A stretch of 64,000 bases of DNA. Source: Takakia lepidozioides (lineage: Eukaryota > Plantae > Bryophyta). A program made the position numbers and the translations under genes. The number at the start of each line of letters is the position of its first letter. Positions within the stretch are counted from its first letter, which is position 1. The DNA is taken from NCBI GenBank assembly GCA_030704615.1, contig CM060732.1, positions 55,862,001 to 55,926,000 on the forward strand, in the 5' to 3' direction. The notes under the pieces are model-generated. The model did no database searches. It saw only the letters and a program-made list of their open reading frames with translations, and had not been told where the DNA came from. Below, piece by piece: positions 24,909 to 37,268 of this stretch.

Positions 24909-25925
24909 TCCGTCCAAGCAAGGACTCAGAGGACCGGAGGAGCAATAGTACTCCGCGACGGTGTGGCTACAATGGCGCGCATCAGTTTGATTCCCAGATT
25001 CTGAACCTTCAAGCAAACATATGTGGTGCTGATCAGGCCCACGAAGTTGCCAGTGTCTTGGATGGTGGTCTCATGAGAGAATGCAAAACCTCGCAGATAA
25101 GTTGAGAAAGTATGGCGAAGCATGCACAGTACCAAAGAAACTTACTGTTCAGCCTCGAAATCACTTTGATCAACACAGGAACTTCAACCTAAGTTCCAAT
25201 GAAGTGTGTAGGGATGCTTGGGATGCATCACTTCAAGGCCTCCCTCTTCCTTCTCCATGGTTACAAGTTACAACCCAAGTAGGTGCACGTATTATGGTGA
25301 CTTGTGAACAATTCATATTACTCCAAGCAAATGAGGTCTATTGAAAATTGTTCCAACTACAAAAAGATGGGGCAGATGAAGAGCTTTCCAATGGTATCTT
25401 TACCTTCTAAAATCGGTACAATCCTCACAAGTTCCAAAGAACAAGGTGTGCCACACTATTGGTAAAATCACTGGTGTTTCTGCCTTTCTACCCAACCTTG
25501 CTTTACTCAATTGAAGTTCAGTGCCCAACATGTGTCCACATCCATACAGACAGCGGTAATGACAAAAATGAGATCAATGAAATGTCACACACTCACTAGA
25601 TCAGCCAGCATTCAACTGCATGTCTGAAACTTGCAGGGGAGCAATTAATTATTTCAATTGGGTGAACAGCAGTCACAGAGGCTTTTATAGTTTCTATAGC
25701 AATGATAGCACTCAGCCTCCTTGGAACATCATTCAAGTGTCAATAGGCATGGCTAAGGAGCTTGGGGCAAAATACTTCCTAGTTAGTTCTACAAAAACTC
25801 GTCTGTTACTGAAACTTTTGCAAGGTTCCTTAGTGCAAAATTGGGTGGCAGATTGTCCAGGCAGAAGCCCCTGTTTAGTGAAGTACATCACACTACTCTA
25901 CACAGGCAAGAAACTTTGCAGACGC

Positions 25926-28900
25926 CTAACTTGGTAGAATGTGCTGGCACCGAACAATGCCTGCAGCACCACCATAAGCAAGCCACTTTTCCCTGCCATT
26001 ATTGGGATTCCATCGAACCCGGTGCACAGCTACGACATGGAGCGGAAAACTCTCTACAGCATCATCTCCTTTCTGTGGACCAGATGCTTGGGGAGCCCCT
26101 TCTTCGTCTCCATCCGCATCCATCAAACTACTCTCCTCTGAGAGCAGCAGGTTGGTCCGTTGAACCAGTGACAATGAATCATTTTGGACTTCATCCTTGG
26201 TCTCTTCAAAGGGTACTAAGGATAGGTTGTCGCTGCTTTCAACCTTTTGTTTCTTTACTCGTGCAGGAGTTTTAGCCCCTTTTCGTTTCCTAGAACCAGG
26301 CTTATCACCACTGGGAGGGACCCCATTGGGCGAGGGAAGAAAGAGACTCACTGCCACACCATTGGACCGTACAGCTTGGTTTTTGATAGCTAAGAATCCC
26401 CGCTTGGAGCGGGGTGTCCAGCTAAACTCAGTTGGGTTTTTTTTCATCTGAGCTGGAGAGGTCCGGGTTTGAGAGATAACTAGCAAGGCCCCTTCCTCTG
26501 ACTCCGCTGCAAATGCCCCGCAGAGGTAGTGAGGCTCCCTGTGTCGGTTCCCTTCTTTAATCACCGCCTTTTCCGTCAACTACACACATATACATGCACA
26601 TGGTAAGAAAAATGCACTCCTGAGGGAAAATTAGTACGAATGGATTTTCCATGGCAACATGATCAGGTTTGACGTCCAAGCAAAAACTTGGACAGATTGC
26701 GTGTCGCTGGTCTATCACATTGAGGGAGAGACTGACCTGAAATTGCAAAACGTTGCCATCGGCACCACAATATGCCACCACACCTGCATACAATTGCCAT
26801 AAAGGGTAATAAACATGGAGGCAAGAGTCTCTTGACTGATCTGCCAGTGTCATTAATCCTAACAACCGTTGGTGCAGATTATGTACTCCGAGCATCTGCT
26901 TGCCATACTTCTCATCCAAACTTGAATACAGAGGAAGGTAATAAGAGCGAGTTGAGGACAAAGAAGGAACAGAATGGGGACACTGTGACGCATGCCTTCA
27001 GCAGTAGGACTGCAATCAATCTACAAAGGACACAGCAGAAACCCTTTTACCAAAGAAATCGTATGGAGAGACATAGGGAGGTGGGGGTGGGAAGGCTCGT
27101 TGCCTGAGGCTCGGGAGGCTTGCACTCCCCAGAGCGAAAAGGAACCACACAAATAGCTTTGTAGGCCTTGGTACTGCGTTCCAGAATAGGGCAGCCCTGT
27201 GACAGGGGTGACAGAGCCAGCATTATCGAAGCCAAGGAGACGAAGGGTACCATCATCCATGGACACCAACATACACCTGCAACCTCCCACCATATGTAAA
27301 CATTTTGAACATCTTCATGAAATCTACATAGATGTACCATATCCAAGCATGTCTAACAGACCCAACTATTCATTGCATCAACCTATATTATGGTTTCCCC
27401 GTGTCCCAGAATATGGACTAGTTTTAAGCTTACATGTTATTGACATGGACATGCTGCGCATGGCTGGCATATAATCACCATGGATTGTGCTACAAAAAAT
27501 GCAGGAGAAGGACTCAACTTCAACTACATGGGCTTCAGACGCTGATTCCGTTTTTTATCGAGAACCAAGTAGGGAGCTGGGTTGAAAGGTGTAAAGTCTG
27601 TTACCCCACTGCTGCGTACAACTATTTTGGCAATGCTAGGGGCCTTCACGATATATTCAATTCTAAGCTGCTTATGAACTTCCACTTGTCCCTGGCTGCT
27701 TCGAGCTGGCATGAACTTGCAGCATGAATGATCCAAACTTATCTTCATAGTACTCTCCAAATGAATACCTGGGTGATGGCAGCCAATCAATGCTGGTAAT
27801 GGAGCCCCTTGATATTGGCAAGTCGAATACGGGACGATATGGATCCCTGACAACCCATCCAATAACACTCAGGCTTTAGGTCAGAGGTGCCAGCCCTCTA
27901 TGAAGCAAAAATTTCTTGACATTGGGCAATCTACATGCATCTCCGGAGGTCCCTCCTTCAAATTTCCTCGCATATTTTTGAGCAGAGCGGTGACCAAAAT
28001 ATCTATATCCGTACTCAACCTCCTTCAAGGATGGGATGAACAAACCTACAACACACTGTTCCATTCCAAGGGCTCAGCCCCTTCTTAGTTGTACTAAAAG
28101 ATCTCCTGATGGAAGTTTTTGCCATATAAGTTCCAACCTTGTGGACCATAATCACAAACAGAATGCCACTCCAACAAGTACAAATGCAAGTTGCAGACAC
28201 TAACCGTACATCCCAGAACCGAACATAACCGCTGTGACCGGCTGTGGCTATCAAATGTTGACCTGCTGAGCCACTGCAACACAGACACATTGCAGGTGAA
28301 AGACTTCCACAGCTTAGAAAAAATGTGCCCTTTACAAGTGCTTACAAGTTGCATGGCCGTTAACCATAACCCTCGTTAGGTCATTCATAGTTTCAGATAT
28401 GTAGTCATCCATAGTTGCCCATCAGCGTTGACCATGGCTCGTGCTTAAGCACTCATCCCTTGTTGTTGACATTTAGCTCGAGAGAATTCTAATCTGATTT
28501 AAGGGCTGCAATTGACATTATCTGGAGAAAGAAGGGGAGGGAGAGACCTGCCATCAGGTGCCCAAGCAACAGTTCGCAGTGGCAAAGTATCAGCTGTGAA
28601 GAACACCAATGGTCGAGAATCTACAGGTCCACCAACACAGCATGCCCATAACTTTGTGGTGAAGGGCGCTGATGCTCAAGCAAAAGCAAGGAGCAAAAAC
28701 TGGAGCAAAATGTATGTCTTGGAAGTAATAACCTTTTATCAGTAACTTACATGCTAAATATTATCATGCTTACATTTTATTTCAAAGACACGGCTCAGTC
28801 AATTATGAGGAGCACGTTCCTTATACCTTGACAAGGAGAGGATGTTGGGAAGACTTTCCAAAGCGCAACCTGCACCGTAATCTTCGTTTATTAGCAAGCT

Positions 28901-31900
28901 ACGAGATAGCAGTGAGGCTGTGGCAGCAGGTAAGGGATAGTTTAGTCCGTATGTTCTCAATCATGAAATGAAGTTGAAACAAAGGCCAAAAGGTCAGTAT
29001 GGTTGGGGATCATGTTTGTGTTGGCAAACTTACTGTTCCATCATGGCAGCCGACCAGTAGCATGTCATGTGGAGTGCATGCGGACCACTCCACAGTCAAC
29101 GGAATACTGCCAATAAAATAAAATGTAGTGAGCATTTGTAAGCCTGGGATTTTTCCCTCAACTTCCCCTCGTCACCTAAAGAGGAAAAACCAAAAAATGG
29201 GAAGAAGGAACTTTTTTGTACCTGCGGGAGGCACAAAGGGCTCCAGGGACATAGAGCAGAAACAGAATCAAGGAAATACTGTAGTGTGGCACAAAGGCAG
29301 AGCGCCTCATGTAGATTAGCCACAAAACACTTAGGTCCAAAAAACTAAAGCCATTGCCAGGGATGGAGAATCTCTAAAGAGAAACAGACAGCCAAGCAAA
29401 AATGGAACTTCATTTTCTTTTAATGGCCATTGACAAAGACAACAATATCAAAGCCTCTCCTTACATTACCTCTTGTGTCCACCACTCCGAAGGTCAGAGG
29501 ATCGAAAGATGGGGTCCATTCGCACAACCAAGGGCTCTAGCCCCATTGTATTCTGCTGTTGAATTGTGGCCAGCCCCAGCACACTTGGCAATGGAACATC
29601 AAACCTGCCAACAAGACATTTCACATGTTTCATCAAAATTGAAGAGGGAACTGATCAACGAGACAACAAAAAAGGGTTGGCCAGACTACCAGTCCCAATC
29701 AGAGAGTAGAAGGGGAAACCCAATCAGCGGAGGTAAACGCTGTAATTCCTGTGTCACTTGTGTGATGCGACAGTACACGGAGACTAATCTGTCCAACTTT
29801 GTGGACCTTATCTTGAGGCTGAGCCTAAAGCCCTGGCTGTGTTGGGGTCTAATTGATGGGCAGCTCACACACAGCAAGTAGTGTGAAGGGCTTTCTAGAG
29901 TCTGGAAAGCCCGAACTAATTGTCTCTATCAAGGTAAGTCACACTACCGGAGTGAGCCCCTCACAAAGGTAGTATCTTTTCCCTTTTGTTCTGCCCAAAC
30001 TGGGCACGGGATCTCTGGCCAGAAGGATACGGCAAACAACGTCTTATGAGTACATTGTGTGGACCTCAATTACGGAAATGTCTTATGAGTACGTTCTGTG
30101 GACCTCACCAGAGAACAAAAAGACAGTAGTAGCAAAGCAGGATCAAACCTCATGCTTCCTGTGTCTAATGTAATGCAGTCGCTTGGATCAACATGCAACT
30201 GGGTTGGCAACAGCTGTGCAGAACTGTGGTACAAACAGGGGCACAAGTTTCATCCCATGGTGGGTTAAAATCACAACATCTGCTGCTGCATGCACTGTGC
30301 CCTTGAAGGCTCTTCATGCCCAATGTTCCACGAAGGGGCCAACATCGGTTCCAGTTTCAGACAACTCTGAGCTCAGTCCTTGTCCTAATGCTATCTTCTG
30401 TACATCCCCCTAGATCGAGGTTGTGGGTGCAAAGTTCAAGAGCCATGTTCAGTGGTATGGTAATGAGAGTCACAATATGCAATGAACACCAACATAGATA
30501 AAGAATGTCATCGGAGGTCACTGTTCAAAACAAGAATCCTAAGCAAACCTGTTCTGCTGGATTGAAGATCAATACTCACACTTGTACGGATCCATCTCCA
30601 AGCAACACTGCAAGGTAGCCCAACCTCAAGAGCTCTCTCTCCTCCATGTTTTCCACATCGAAGGGGCTGACTGCCATGTCTGCCACAGGCCTCCATTTCG
30701 CATCCCACGTGACTTCTCCATCGTGGGCCAAACCTAAGACCATTGCTGGTAAATAGTCCCGGGATGCAGAGGGAGAGAACTTTTGGCAAGAAGGGGGCCT
30801 GCCACCACGTGCTTCAACACCCTTGGCTCTCGCTCTATCTTTTAGACGCAATTTCCCCCGTTCTGGGGCAGTGCCATCTGTAGTGGGGACTAAGAGGTCA
30901 GGATCTTGAACACCATCTGCACCTGTCTCAGTCATCCCCACTGGATCAAGGTGTAACAACCCTCCCTGTCCTGGCTCAGTGCCCAGGTCATTATGGTGGG
31001 TAACTGCAGTGACATCTTCTCCCCCGGGTCTCCCTCTTCCCCCTGCTCTGCCTCTCCCCCTTCCCCTCCCTCTCCCCCTTCCTCTTCCGAGCCCCACAGC
31101 TGCTGCAGTAGTCCGCAGCAAGTCACTCTCGCTGACAGATGCAATCATACTTTGCTCCATCGCAACTGATCCTGCCACCTCTACTGTACTGCCATCCATC
31201 CTACCGCTGCTTTCAAGGGTGATATCCTGCTCAACCTCTATGTCAAATGCCTCTCTACCTCTTCCACGCCCTCTTCCTCTCCCTCTCCCTCTACCCCTCC
31301 CCTTTGCCTTGACAGGTGTGTCAGGAAACATCTCATCCACACCACTATAAACAGGGTCCTCAGTGAAGGCTCCTTGCTGGGTTGATCCTCGTGTTGCTGA
31401 CGGGTCTAATGCCCAGATTTGCACCAACCCATTCCCATGCAGGGGTTCTCCAAGCTTGTGATGTGGAGCGCCTGCAGGGTGTGCTCCCACCACCATGAAC
31501 TGCCACAGTGTCACCCAAGTTACTGGTACAGAGAGTTTGTAAAAAACATACTGTATGTTGTGATAAAAGTTCTATTACAAAAGGCCTTACCACCACTTCG
31601 GTCCTGCATAAAGATCACAAACATGGAGCCTGAGGCTGACTGTACCTCTTTTGTGATATTCCAGGCAGCCCAGCCAGGCCTTTGAGGGCACCAGTCCAAT
31701 GCCCACACAGCTCCTCCCACATTGAAAACAATATCAGTGCTGCAATTTTGCCATCGGGTCCAACAAGGGGAAATGTCATTCTCTCGCCATTGACAACCAG
31801 AACACTACTCCAATCCTGAAAATGAACCTGATATTGAGAAGATGAAATTCACAGTGCATAGTATGCGACAACTTTCAACACTGCTAGCAAACTCAAACAT

Positions 31901-34900
31901 GGACCAAAAAGTGACATTGGCCTCTTTCCCCTTCCCAAACAGCTGGCAACCAAACACTCTGCCCCAGTAGGTAGTAGAGATGACCCCAACTCACCAAGGT
32001 GCATCTGCCTCATCTTCACTCGATAACACCCCAGTGGGCTGCAAAGAAGAGGGCCACCAGCAAACTGTGACACTGTCATAAGCCGCACAATACACAAACC
32101 TTCAACTCATTGAGCAGCTTTTTACTAAGGCATACATGATATAACAATCAGAAAATGTTCTCATAAACTTACATTAGCAACAATGTCTGAGCAGAAGAGG
32201 GGGAGACCCAGCCCTGCAGCAAATGCAATGTCTTGCCCCTCTCCATCCTCTACGATGTAGCGCAGCTCTGTCGAACTCATCGGTAATCCACATTCTGGTA
32301 ACCAATCTCTGCTTAACCCATCCCCAGGACAACAGCCTGAACTCCTATATCGAAAGATGCCGAACATCTATTAGAGACAGAGTGTGTCCTGCAGGCATGC
32401 CAAGCACTTCTGAACCTCATACTGGGGCCAAAGCTGTGAGAGAATGTACCCGTAAGACGTTGTTTTGTCGCAGCCTTGTGGCCATAGACCCCATGCCAGG
32501 AAAAGAGGGAATGGACACTAACTTTGTGAAGGGATCACTCCCGTAGTGGGACCTACCTTAATATAAACAAGTAGTTCAGGCTTTCCAGATTTCCTCTAGA
32601 AAGTCCTTCACACAAGCATGTGAGCTGCCCACCCCAACAGGGCCAGGGCTTTAGGCTCAGCCTTGAGATTTTGAAAGATGGTGAAAAGAGGTGCAGGGAC
32701 TATCTTCTTGATTGTCCTGAAGGTGGTCGCTCTCTGATGAGCTCATCTGTTTACTGTTCAAAGGTAGACTCCCCTCCTGTTCTGAGTTTAAATTTCAGTG
32801 TATGCTGAGGGTAGGTAGGCATTTCAGATCATCCTTGCAGTCCTCACCCATGTCACAAACTGGAAAATAGTTCAGGGAAGTTATGCCTAACTTTGTTTAA
32901 AGTGATGAGAGAGAAACCAAGAGACTTGGCATCCATGGCCCATCGGACGAGTAGAGGGAGATGAAATATTTATGTAAGTCAGAGTTCAGAATTACCTTGG
33001 AAAGGTAACTGAAGGAAAAAAAAAGAGACCGTATCCAAGGTCAATTTGTTAACCCATCTAACAGCAGAACAATTAGATTCAGAAAAGACCTTCAAGAACA
33101 TTCTAAGACTCAGAAAGGAAACAACCCAACAAGCAAACAACATGACTACAGCATTGTAACATAGTACAACACAATCCAACCAATCTTAGAATTAGCTGCT
33201 AAGGCTCCCCAGTGAGTTCATTAGCTCCTTATAATGGGTAGGCCATCACAAGAAACAGAGAACAGAATAAGAACTAGAATTGAAAACAAAGAGCAGAAAC
33301 ATTGAAGTGTGCATGAAAGATGAGCAGAAGAATAGAAACCTGAACCGGAAAAGTAGAAAGAAGAGAAGCAGAGGCTATAAGGAATCAACTTCTGGTTCTC
33401 TAAAAACATTTCCTGTTACATGTGCTTTAAACATCTTTCAGCTTCTAAATTACAACAACAAATGTAAGTGAGCATCAGAAACAATAAACACTGCAAACAC
33501 AATTCAAGGCTCTGCTTTTAGGCACAGCTGCAGGTGTTGTTTAGCTAGAATGCAAACCCATGGATGGCAACTTGACACACAAAGACTGTTGAACTTGAAA
33601 TAGCGCACTTACGGTACAACAGAGATTTCTGAGAGCCAGCCTGCACGACCTCCATTCAGTCCGGGGGTCATTTTCTCAGCAACAGTTTCTGCCTCACTCT
33701 CGACCCTCCCTGCTCCCTTCCTGCCACGTCCCCTGCCCCCACCTCTTCTACCTCTTGTCCCCCGGCCTTGGTCCCCTTTTCCACAGTCCTCGTCTCTTTC
33801 TTCTTCTCCCCCCTCCTTTATATTACCTTCTTCCCCATCCTCCCATTTCCCCCTCCCCTCTCCGCCTCTGCCACGCCCTCGTCTCCCCCTTCCTCTCCCC
33901 CTACCCCTTCTTTCTCCAGGTGATTGCTCCACATCAACATTCTCCCTTGCGACTCCCTTTATCTCACCTCCCCGACCACGTTTCCCCCTCCCCTCTCCCC
34001 CTTCCCTCTTCCCCTACCCTCCCTCGACCCTCTCCCTCACCATCTGCCACAGTGAGCCCTTCTCCATCTTCTCTCTCTGAGTCAGCTTCCCTGGTGCGCT
34101 TTTGTCCTCTACCCCTCCTTACCTCCCCTCCCCTCCCTCCCTTTCCTCTCTGTCCTCTTCCTTCCCCTTCTCTCACCGGCTCAGCATCTAACCCTTCCCC
34201 CTCCACCTGCTGCTCCTGAAGTCCCAAAGAATTCTGGAAGTCTTCCACAATTAGGCTCCGTAAGTTTTCCATTGAGTCTCCTCTATCATCTTGTGGAAGT
34301 CTCAAAGATATGTCAGGTTCTTTTGATGTAATTAGCTTTCCGTGATGCGGACCCCCTCCCCCTTCTCCCTCTCCCGTGTTAAGCTCCCAAAGTCCCGGTG
34401 ATATGCTCAGTTCTGCAGATCCTTGCTGTTCTTTAAGAGCTTCCTCGCTCACTCCTACCTGCCCAAGTACTATCTCCTTCTCTCTCCTAACAACCCCCTC
34501 CTGATCACTTTTTTTTCCTACTCCAACTGCATGCTCCTCCCTATGTCCAAGAGATGTCTTTGAACCTTGCACCTCCAACTGCTGGTCTTGAACGATATGA
34601 ATTGTCCCTGGCCTCTCTGCATGATTATCCCCTCTACGTTGTAAAGAATTATGCCCGCCTCCCAGTGCAAGAGCCTGCACTTCCCTTTCTCTCTCCACAG
34701 CATAGTTACCCACAAGCTTCAACGATGCGCCCAGCTCAAAATGCTGTCTCCCTACACCAGTGCGCTCCCCATCTTCTTCCCCTTGAAAAGGCTGCTCGCA
34801 AATTCCAAGCGTTGTCTCGTCTTCTTCTGGAGCTAAATCCTGGGTTTCACCAAGTTCTTCCCCTCTACCGTCTCCTTCTCCATCATGTTCATCCCAAAGT

Positions 34901-35142
34901 CCGAGAGACTTATGCAGTTCCGCAAGCTCAAAACCATGCTGAGCATCATCGAACAACCCAGCCTGTCTCTCGTCTTCCACTCCCACGAGTGCGTCTGCTG
35001 CCAATCCTTCTTCCTCTTGCTGGAATTTCTCGGCCCCACCAAACCCTTCCAGATCTTCGCCCAGCCCTAGTTCACGTAACCTCTCTTCAAATGATTTTTC
35101 TTGAGAGGCCGACGATGGAGATGATGCAGGAGACAGAGACAT
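25926..35142 (-). CDS. WD40-repeat, GRG-rich protein similar to general transcription factor IIIC subunit 2 (GTF3C2/Tfc6-like); exons 35142-33613, 32344-32173, 32038-31995, 31739-31646, 31499-30580, 29604-29470, 29106-29034, 28869-28827, 28620-28548, 28273-28205, 27846-27769, 27276-27104, 26783-26737, 26579-25926
   Basis: Motifs VGGAVWALDWCP, GLAHDGEVTWDAKWRP, LGYLAVLLGDGSVQV, SIPLTVEWS..HDMLLVGCHDGTVALWK, FWDVRDPYRP and VAVHRVRWN..WLAYGGAAGIVRCQ. All exon phases are compatible. There is one apparent 1-nt frameshift near 33990 and one GC donor. Confidence 0.85.
29811..30056 (+). repeat. Dispersed repeat (about 240 bp), copy A, intronic
   Basis: Aligns by eye with the reverse complement of 32443-32668 (aggctgagcctaaagccctgg ... 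gggcagctcaca ... tctggaaagcc ... aacaacgtctta). Confidence 0.8.
32443..32668 (-). repeat. Dispersed repeat, copy B, inverted relative to copy A
   Basis: Reverse-complement match to 29811-30056. Confidence 0.8.
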
Positions 35143-36136
35143 CCCTGAAAAAGAGAATAGTAATACAATTTCCAACGCCAATTACCTCATATTAGCCAGA
35201 CAAAACTCTAACCTGATTCGATTTATGTCCAAACCTTCGGCTGATCTCCTCCTTTCTCCTTCTCAAGCTGAAGGCCAAGCGGGCTGAGTTACATCCCGCA
35301 AGAGTCTAGGGCAGGGCAGATGTAATGGAAACAACTACGCTCAGTATATTGTCTCTGCCTCACACTAACCACCTGCAAGAGGACTGCGGCCATCCACCAA
35401 ACGGCTTTTAATTCCAAATGCTCTCTCCATCCTCTTGACATCCGTTTCTTCCGCAGTTCAAATCTTCTTGACCATTCACGAGAACTCAACTAAAGAGCAG
35501 AGATTTCACCACCAGTTCACAAGAAGAAAATGTGAAAAAAGACGGCGGAAGAACACCTCAAACCCTTCCTGCAAATGGTCGGCCACAAGAACCGCGCCAA
35601 GCACATCCTCTTCCACAAACAAGAAGCTAAGTGTGATTCCAACAAAAATTTGGAAGCAGAAAGCGACGCAACTGCTAGTAAGGCTGCAATGCAGATCAGA
35701 CGCAGAGTTGTCGATGAAAGTCGAAGTCCTAATCGAGAGGCAGCAGAGCAAGGTCCAGTTTGCAGAATGGAGAGCATGCTGGGTCCGTTAGAGCAGCCCT
35801 CTGAAAACTTCCTCCTCTCTTGCACTACCCATGGACCATTCTATCACGCTCCATGGATTTCGTTTTATTAATTTTAATTTATTTAAGTTTCACAATAAAA
35901 TAAAATAAATATTTTTCCAGAAAGAAAACAAATTAATAAAATAAAATAATCAGGGCTACAAAAACAAACAAACAAATTAAAATAAATGATTATGGATTTT
36001 GCTTTCCAGATTTCTTTTGTATAACTTAGGAAGGGCAAGCCGCTAGCAACTCTCCAGGGTAAGCTGCAGGCTTCGCCCGCGGCGCACCCATTCCATATCA
36101 TTAAGGAGTTTACCCCTCCCCTATCCCGTGGTTACC

Positions 36137-36228
36137 CCTGTTTTCTTATAGGGCCCACCCCCGCAAGGGAATAGTAGCTGTGAGGCGAACTGGCTCTTAG
36201 TTACGCACGCTTTGGTTGGAGTCTTCTA
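36137..36228 (+). mobile_element. Short 3'-end fragment of an RLE-type LINE (structured 3' UTR)
   Basis: About 90-bp motif ggcccaccc..ggg..tagc..ctcttagtta..gc..tggagtctt shared with 57491-57580 and 63825-63905. Confidence 0.65.
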
Positions 36229-36579
36229 TTTGAGAAGCTCTATCTAGGTCGGCCTTTTCAACACCCTGAATTTTACTTTTTGTATCGATTTTTGCTTTGA
36301 AAGATAATGATAAAGTTTCTTTAACGTCCACTGATTTTACAGAGCCTACTGTTCAACATTACTGTAGTCGACAACCAAGTTGTGTAATGGGCACATACCA
36401 CCTCGGAAGTGGTTGTGGGTTCAATCCACCAATTGATATCACAAAGGTGTCCACCTTCCTAGCGGATGGCAATAACCCTTCGGAGGTGAAGAGACACCAT
36501 AATGTACACTTCCTTTGGGAGGCGTCAAATATATATATACATTAATGTAGTCAAGATTGGGTAAGGTATATTTATTTTG

Positions 36580-36942
36580 GCCTCTCATTTTACAATAATT
36601 TCCGCCCGCAGTCCGCTGCCCGTGAGTCTAGTTCACCTCAGTCCGCCAAACCGCCAGTCTGCCGGCCAGTCCGTTGTGCCAGTCCCCGCAAGTCCACCCA
36701 ACAGTCCGTTCCTGTTGTGGCCGTCTGCTACCCCCAGTCTGCCAGTCCGTGCCGCCGAAGGATCTGGATCGTCCATTCTGAGAAACCCATCCGTGTCATC
36801 CATGCCAGTCTCGGCCAGTCCACCCAACAGTGTGCCCGCCAGTCCGCCGCCCATGAGTCCGCTTTCCTCCAGTCCACTGATGATGCCGCATCTGGACCGT
36901 CCGTTCGCAAATGCCATCTGAGCCCTCCATTTTTAGGGCATG
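36580..36942 (+). repeat. Left TIR of the MULE
   Basis: Matches the reverse complement of 53621-54036, e.g. gccgaaggatctggatcgtccattctgagaaacccatccg, with indels. Confidence 0.9.
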
Positions 36943-37268
36943 AATTGAAACTTTATCCCTGCTGCTTGCCACTTGCCAGCAGCCGCAAACGTGCGCACTG
37001 ATGCTCCTTGCACGTTTTCTGCAAGTTCTAAAGCGTGTCCTCTGTACTGTACAGGGCATGGACGTGGATGCAGAAGGTGATGATATACTAAAAATGAGAT
37101 GCTGGATTATACGGCCTCTTCGACAAAGTTTGCAAACACCCAAACCAGGACCCTTCAACAGGAAGGACCTCCAATGGAAGAGAGACACGCAATATGGTTA
37201 TATGGGTGCCAGACAGAATAGTCTGAAGGCCTGCATACCGTCGCATCTGACATTCTGCATTTGAACAG

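Noticed and set aside
36137-36228. The three-copy structured motif as a ribozyme (hammerhead, HDV, twister) or group II intron domain V
   Set aside because: The catalytic consensus sequences (e.g. CUGAUGA/GAAA core) are absent.
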